Of a stretch of 64,000 nt of DNA, positions 58,876 to 64,000 are shown one piece after another. The notes under the pieces were generated by a model. That model saw only the letters and a list, made by a program, of their open reading frames with translations, ran no database searches and was not told where the DNA came from. How positions within the stretch are numbered: position 1 is the stretch's first letter; each line of letters begins with the position of its first letter. Origin of the DNA: an uncultured Gemmatimonadales bacterium (GTDB lineage Bacteria > Gemmatimonadota > Gemmatimonadetes > Gemmatimonadales > GWC2-71-9); contig CAWHFW010000005.1 of the NCBI GenBank assembly GCA_963828735.1, positions 1,312,001-1,376,000 of the forward strand, read 5' to 3'. The position numbers and the translations under genes are program-made.

Positions 58876-59244
58876 TTACGGCGTGACCGCGACGCTGTCT
58901 ACGAAATAGGCAGTGTGGCCGAAGCAGGTCGTGGGCAGCCCCGGATGCTCCGTGTAGTGCAGAACCGCCCGGCGTCCGAGCGCCGCGCTGAGCTGGGGCA
59001 CCACCGATTCGTCGCGGACGGTGAAGGACCAGATGGTGGGCGCCACTCCAGGCACCACGGACATCGCGAGCTCGCCTTCGTAGGTCTTACAGATCCATCC
59101 GCGCCGGCTGAACTTCTGCAGCACGCCCGCCCGTTCTCCGTCCGAGTAACTCCACTTCAGGGCCGCCCCCACGTACAGGGTAAAAAGGACGGTAGGGACC
59201 GTCATAAGGCCGAACACGATGAGCCACAGGTGGCGACGCGTCAT
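58876..59244 (-). CDS. Conserved membrane-anchored hypothetical protein
   Basis: N-terminal TM helix; YSDGERAGVLQKFSRRGWICKTYEGEL. Confidence 0.8.
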   Translation of the reverse strand: MTRRHLWLIVFGLMTVPTVLFTLYVGAALKWSYSDGERAGVLQKFSRRGWICKTYEGELAMSVVPGVAPTIWSFTVRDESVVPQLSAALGRRAVLHYTEHPGLPTTCFGHTAYFVDSVAVTP

Positions 59245-59265
59245 GGGATGATGGGGTTGGGGTGC

Positions 59266-60879
59266 TCAATTACCACGACCGCGTCCGACTGGCGAGAACA
59301 CAAAACCCTTCCCGACGGTAAAGACCCAGCCGGCGCCCTGCGCGTCGTTCGCGAACCGGTGGGCCAGATCCAGTCGCAGGGCATCCGTATCGGTGGCGCG
59401 GCTGGCCCCCAATCGGAGACCTATCCCGGCATCCCAACCCGTGCGACGGGGATCCCCGTCATACCAGGCGCCGCCATAGTCGACGAAGCTGGCGACTCCC
59501 AGGCCGAGCTGGCCGAGGAAGTCGTCGACGATAGTATACCGATATTCGGCCGTGCCGAAGAAGGAGCGGTCGCCGGTGAACGCGTGGCTGCGGAAGGCTC
59601 GCGGGCCCAGGCCGAGGCCGAGGTCGAACTCCGTACCGGGCAGCGGATTCTCGAGCCAGCCGCCTTCCAGATGCAGAATGCCAACCTGGTGCGCCCCGGG
59701 CTGCAGGACGGCGGTGGCCGCAAGCTGGACGGCGCCGCTGTCCAGACCGCCGCTGTCGTACAGTCCATTCGCAAGCGCCTCGAGGTACCCGAACCCGCCG
59801 GGCACCCGGGCGCCGGCGCGCGCCAAGAAGCTAGGCCCGATCCCATTGCGATCATAGCCGAACGCCTTGGGCGCCACCAGCAGTCCCAGCCGGACCGTGA
59901 CGCCGAGGTCCACGTCCTCCTCGCGCGCGAACCCGAACACCCCCCGAGTAACGAGGAAGTTCGCGCGGCTCCAGGTCAGATACGGGCCGACGGCCCCGGT
60001 CACCGTCTTGCCGAAGGGCTCGGTGGAGGCCTCGGGCTGGAAATCCTCACGGCGCACCTGGGCGGTTACCCCCCAGCGCGTGTAGCCCTCGAACGACGCG
60101 TGCGTTGCCCACGCGGCCGACGCGCGCACCAGGCTGAACAGATGGGTCAGCGTGTCGCTCGCGACGTTCGACCCATCGAAGAACTGGAGTATCCGCTCGT
60201 CCCGGTCTTCCGCCTCGATCCGGAAGCCGGTCCGGGAGGTTAGCGAGTAGAATGGCTTTTCCACCGCGATGGCGCTGATCTGTCCATCGGAGCGGTTCTC
60301 GTAGACGAGCCCCAGTCCCACCGCGCCGGCGAACAGCCGCGGCCGCCGAAAGCCAAGGGTGACGCTCGTGCGGTCCGGGTTCTTGCGATACCGGACCGAC
60401 GCTGAGGAGGCGGTGCCGAGCAGGTTGTCCTCGACCAGCCCTATCGTGTAGGCGATCTCGCCCCCGGTGCTCCGGAATCGCAAGTCTGCCTTGGTGCTCC
60501 AGCCATCCTTAGTGACGACGCGCGCCACCAGCCCGGAGTCGGTCCGCACGGTGTCGATGAGCACCCGGCGAAACACGCCCAACGCGCGAAGGTTGCGCTC
60601 GGATTCGGCGATCCGGGCGGAGTCGTACGGCTGGCCGGGCTCGAACTGCAGCTCGCGGCGGATGGTGGCCGCGCGGGTCTGGATGTGGAGGGCGTTGCCC
60701 ACGCGGGCGACCCACCCGCGCTCGCTGGGATCGAAGATGTCGCGGCGGTCGAGCTCCACGCCCCGGAGGGTATCCCCCGTCGCCGCGCTCGCGGGCCGGG
60801 CGGAATCCGCCGGCACCTGGGCCGCGAGGCGTAATGGAACGGCGAGCATCACCAGTGGCAGGAGATGCCGAAGCGACAA
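59266..60879 (-). CDS. Omp85/BamA-TamA-like outer membrane protein with POTRA domain
   Basis: Signal peptide; TIRRELQF...ESERNLRALG POTRA; beta-barrel ending FTVGKGF. Confidence 0.8.
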   Translation of the reverse strand: MSLRHLLPLVMLAVPLRLAAQVPADSARPASAATGDTLRGVELDRRDIFDPSERGWVARVGNALHIQTRAATIRRELQFEPGQPYDSARIAESERNLRALGVFRRVLIDTVRTDSGLVARVVTKDGWSTKADLRFRSTGGEIAYTIGLVEDNLLGTASSASVRYRKNPDRTSVTLGFRRPRLFAGAVGLGLVYENRSDGQISAIAVEKPFYSLTSRTGFRIEAEDRDERILQFFDGSNVASDTLTHLFSLVRASAAWATHASFEGYTRWGVTAQVRREDFQPEASTEPFGKTVTGAVGPYLTWSRANFLVTRGVFGFAREEDVDLGVTVRLGLLVAPKAFGYDRNGIGPSFLARAGARVPGGFGYLEALANGLYDSGGLDSGAVQLAATAVLQPGAHQVGILHLEGGWLENPLPGTEFDLGLGLGPRAFRSHAFTGDRSFFGTAEYRYTIVDDFLGQLGLGVASFVDYGGAWYDGDPRRTGWDAGIGLRLGASRATDTDALRLDLAHRFANDAQGAGWVFTVGKGFVFSPVGRGRGN

Positions 60880-60931
60880 ACGGGCTCCAGTTACGGGGGT
60901 GGTAAAGATACCACGCCGTCACTGGCGGGGG

Positions 60932-61720
60932 TCATGACCCGATCTCGGCGACGCTCGAGAGCACGCGGTCCGGCGACACGGGTGCATTACGCAGCACGTC
61001 CTCCCGGAACTTCCCGGTGCGAACCAGCCATCCCTGCAGGCCCGCGCGCTGGGCCCCCTCGACGTCCGACCACAGATCGTCGCCCACCATCGCGATCGTT
61101 CGATCGGCTGCGAGGCCAAGGCTCTCAACCGCCGCGCCGAAGAACGCGGGGCTGGGCTTTCCCGCCACCTCGGCCGTCGTGCCTGCAGCGTACTCGAGCG
61201 CGGCGACGAACGGGCCCGCGTCGAGCACCAGGCGCTCGTGCTGGCGGAAATACCGGTCGCGCGAGAGGGCGACGAGGACGGCGCCGGCCATGAGCTGCTC
61301 GAAGGCCTCCTGCAGAAGGGCAAAGGTCCATTGCTCGCCCAGGTCGCCGAGCACCACCGCGTCGGCCGCGGCGCGCGGTCGATCCGACGTGCCGCCCGCC
61401 AGCGCGAAGCCGTCGAGGTCCTCGAGCGCCCCTGCGGGCACGAAGGGCGCCACGCGGGACACGCCGCGGCCTCGAAGCAGGATCGCACCCGCCCGTGTGG
61501 CGGTGACGATCTCCTCCGGCCCAACCCGGAACCCATACCCGGCGAGTCGCTCGACCAGCATGCGCCGGGAGCGGCTGGTCGTGTTGGTCACGAGACGAAA
61601 GGGTGTGCCGCGGTCACGGAGGCGCGCGAGCGCGTGCACCGCTCCGGGAATCGGCGCGTCCGCCGAGTAGAGGGTGCCGTCGAGATCCAGGAGATACGCG
61701 GTGGGGACCGGGGATGGCAT
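60932..61720 (-). CDS. HAD-IIA family hydrolase
   Basis: DLDGT, TNTT, GKPS, MVGDDLWSDVEGA, VRTGK. Confidence 0.92.
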   Translation of the reverse strand: MPSPVPTAYLLDLDGTLYSADAPIPGAVHALARLRDRGTPFRLVTNTTSRSRRMLVERLAGYGFRVGPEEIVTATRAGAILLRGRGVSRVAPFVPAGALEDLDGFALAGGTSDRPRAAADAVVLGDLGEQWTFALLQEAFEQLMAGAVLVALSRDRYFRQHERLVLDAGPFVAALEYAAGTTAEVAGKPSPAFFGAAVESLGLAADRTIAMVGDDLWSDVEGAQRAGLQGWLVRTGKFREDVLRNAPVSPDRVLSSVAEIGS

Positions 61721-61752
61721 GGTTGTCGCATCCGGTCTGACGGGATTATCGT

Positions 61753-61782
61753 GCACGTCCGCTCACCGCACGTCCGCTCACC
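61753..61782. repeat. Perfect 15-bp tandem repeat (x2)
   Basis: GCACGTCCGCTCACC twice, in the divergent intergenic region. Confidence 0.85.
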
Positions 61783-61793
61783 GAAGGAGTGCC

Positions 61794-62483
61794 ATGCCGG
61801 TCCTGACGCTGCTGCTGCACGGCGCCCTGCTCACCCGCCTGGTCGCCCCGCCGTATCCGTTCGCCGTCGGCGAGCGCCTCGAGTACGAGGCCAGGCTGGG
61901 CATCATTCCCGTGGGCATCGCGATGATGTCGGTCCATCCGATGGCCCGGGAGCGAGGCCGCGAGGCGTTCGTGTTCGCGGCCTCCGGGGAAGGGCGTCCG
62001 CTGGGGATCCGGGTCGGCGCGGACCTGACCTCGTACGTGGGCACCAAAGGGTTCACCTCGCTCCGATTCCACCGGCGGGTCTTCCAGGGGACCAGCGTGG
62101 ACGAGGCGCAGTACCAGATCGTGCCGGACTCCGGCCGGTACCGCCAGGATGGCGACCCGCGCAACTGGAAGGCGGCCGCCGATCCGCTCGACGAGCTGGC
62201 CTTCCTCTACTATCTCCGGACCGTGCCGCTCAAGCCGGGCGCCAGTTACAACATCGCGCGGTACTTCAAGACCGGCTACAACCCGGTCCAGGTGCGCGTG
62301 CTGGGCCGTGAGACCCGGACGCTGCCCGATGGGCGGGACGTGCCGGTGCTCACCCTGGAGATCACCTCGCGGGGGATGACGATGGCCGTTGCCCTGAGCG
62401 ACGATGCCCGTCGGCTGCCGGTCGAGCTCGAGCTGCCCTTTCCCTTCGGCCAGGTGACGCTCGAGCTGACGCGGGTCTCCTAG
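61794..62483 (+). CDS. DUF3108-like protein
   Basis: AAGGAG RBS; PFAVGERLEY, DPLDELAFLYYLR, SDDARRLPV. Confidence 0.75.
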   Translation: MPVLTLLLHGALLTRLVAPPYPFAVGERLEYEARLGIIPVGIAMMSVHPMARERGREAFVFAASGEGRPLGIRVGADLTSYVGTKGFTSLRFHRRVFQGTSVDEAQYQIVPDSGRYRQDGDPRNWKAAADPLDELAFLYYLRTVPLKPGASYNIARYFKTGYNPVQVRVLGRETRTLPDGRDVPVLTLEITSRGMTMAVALSDDARRLPVELELPFPFGQVTLELTRVS

Positions 62484-63883
62484 TAGCGCCCCAGGTACGC
62501 GTCGATCTCCCAGCGGCTCACCTGCAGATTGTACTGCAGCACCTCGTCCCGCTTGGCCTCGAGAAACCGCTCGGTGAGGTGCTCGCCGAGCGCCGCCTTG
62601 ATCACGTCGTCCTTCTCGAACTGCTCCAGGGCCTCGTGCAGGTCGCGCGGGAGCTCGTCGATCCGGTACTTCCGCCGGTCGCGGAAGCTCATGCGGAAGA
62701 TGTTCCGGTGCACCGGCTCGCGGGCCTCGAGCTTTCGCTCCACGCCGTCGAGGCCGGCGGCAAGCTGCACCGTCAGCGCGAGGTACGGGTTGCACGAGGG
62801 GTCGGGCATGCGGAGCTCGCAGCGCGTGCCGAGGCCGCGGCGGTCGGGAATCCGGACCAGCGGCGAGCGATTCCGCGTGGACCACGCCACGTTGCTCGGC
62901 GCCTCGTAGCCCGGCACCAGCCGCTTGTAGCTGTTGATGAGCGGGTTGGTGATCGCGCAGAACCCGCGCGCGTGCTGAAGCAGGCCCTCGATGTAGCTCA
63001 GCGCGACCTTGGAGAGCTGGTACTCGCCCTTGGGGTCGTAGAACGCGTTGTCCTTCCCGCGAAACAGCGACTGGTGCGTGTGCATGCCGCTGCCGTTGAT
63101 GCCCTGGATCGGCTTGGGCATGAACGACGCGATGTAGCCGTAGCGGTTGGCGACGTTCCGCACGATGAACTTGAAGGTGGTGAGGTTGTCCGCGGTGACG
63201 AGCGCGTCGGCGTACCTGAAGTCGATCTCGTGCTGGCCGGCCGCCACCTCGTGGTGAGCCGCCTCGACCTCGAACCCCATTTCCACCAGCTGTTCGACGA
63301 TGACCCGCCGGATCTCCTCGCCCTTGTCGAGCGGGCCGAGGTCGAAATAGGACGCCGAATCGTGCGTGCTGGTGCTGTTCGAGCCCTCGGGCGCGCGCTC
63401 GAACAGGAAGAACTCCGCCTCGCAGCCCGCCATCATCGCGAAGCCGAGCTTCTTGGCGCGATCGAGCTGGCGCTTGAGCGTAATCCGGGGGCAGCCGACG
63501 AAAGGCTCCTCGTCCGGGGTGTAGATGTCGCACAGGAGCCGCGCGACCCGGCCGCCTTCGTCCTCGTACGGCAGGATACGGAAGGTGCCCAGGTCGGGCT
63601 TGAGCAGCATGTCCGACTCCTCGATCCGCACGAACCCCTCGATCGACGACCCGTCGAACATGATCTCGCCGTCCAGCGCCTTGGCGAACTGGCTGCGGGG
63701 CACCTCGACGTTCTTGTTGATGCCCATGATGTCGGTGAACTGCAGCCGGATGAAGTCGACGCCGAACCGGCGCGAGACGTCGAGCAGGTCTTCCTTGCTC
63801 GCCCCGGTCAGATCGGTGGGGAAGTTGTCGAGACTGGGCCGTTCGGCCGAGCCGGCCGGGCGCTGCTGCCTGGCGTGCGCCAT
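62480..63883 (-). CDS. glnA: Glutamine synthetase type I
   Basis: FDGSSIEGF, HHEVAAGQHEIDF, FMPKP, NGSGMHTHQS, NSYKRLVPGYEAP, ELRMPDPSCNPY. Confidence 0.95.
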   Translation of the reverse strand: MAHARQQRPAGSAERPSLDNFPTDLTGASKEDLLDVSRRFGVDFIRLQFTDIMGINKNVEVPRSQFAKALDGEIMFDGSSIEGFVRIEESDMLLKPDLGTFRILPYEDEGGRVARLLCDIYTPDEEPFVGCPRITLKRQLDRAKKLGFAMMAGCEAEFFLFERAPEGSNSTSTHDSASYFDLGPLDKGEEIRRVIVEQLVEMGFEVEAAHHEVAAGQHEIDFRYADALVTADNLTTFKFIVRNVANRYGYIASFMPKPIQGINGSGMHTHQSLFRGKDNAFYDPKGEYQLSKVALSYIEGLLQHARGFCAITNPLINSYKRLVPGYEAPSNVAWSTRNRSPLVRIPDRRGLGTRCELRMPDPSCNPYLALTVQLAAGLDGVERKLEAREPVHRNIFRMSFRDRRKYRIDELPRDLHEALEQFEKDDVIKAALGEHLTERFLEAKRDEVLQYNLQVSRWEIDAYLGRY

Positions 63884-64000
63884 GAAGTTCTTCTCCCTGT
63901 GATGAGCCGATGAAAGAAATCTCCGGCGGCGCGTTCGGGTAAGGCCCACCGCGCCGCCGTCCTTTTCCCCGCCCCGATACCCCGTTACGCTTCTGCCGCG

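Overview
High-GC bacterial chromosomal segment. The gene content (Ser/Thr kinase-TPR, M61 peptidases, BlaI/M56, Kgd-type 2-oxoglutarate dehydrogenase, YtxJ) suggests Gemmatimonadota, but this is inference only. Most of the window is housekeeping or metabolic: 2-oxoacid dehydrogenase E1, rsgA, proline dehydrogenase, TopIB, fadIJ, glpD, kgd/sucA, tkt-tal, gluQ, glnA. Highlights: (1) a 4.6-kb integrase-less islet in tRNA-Cys(GCA), bounded by a 44-bp att duplication with twin covarying hairpins and arm-like/IHF-like sites, carrying stress-type cargo; (2) a BlaI / M56-HEAT sensor locus where three copies of a 16-bp operator-like box link the regulator to a cytochrome P460/c'-beta-family gene and a Tat-exported metallo-beta-lactamase-fold gene; (3) a 344-codon orphan gene split by one in-frame TAG; (4) two copies of an uncharacterised ~80-aa 'HFEFRGG' protein; (5) a 37-aa prepilin-like microprotein; (6) a CarH-type B12 regulator upstream of a dynamin-like GTPase; (7) three cupredoxin lipoproteins. 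Two genes carry single frameshifts that may be assembly errors. All product calls come from motif recognition by eye; no database search was run.
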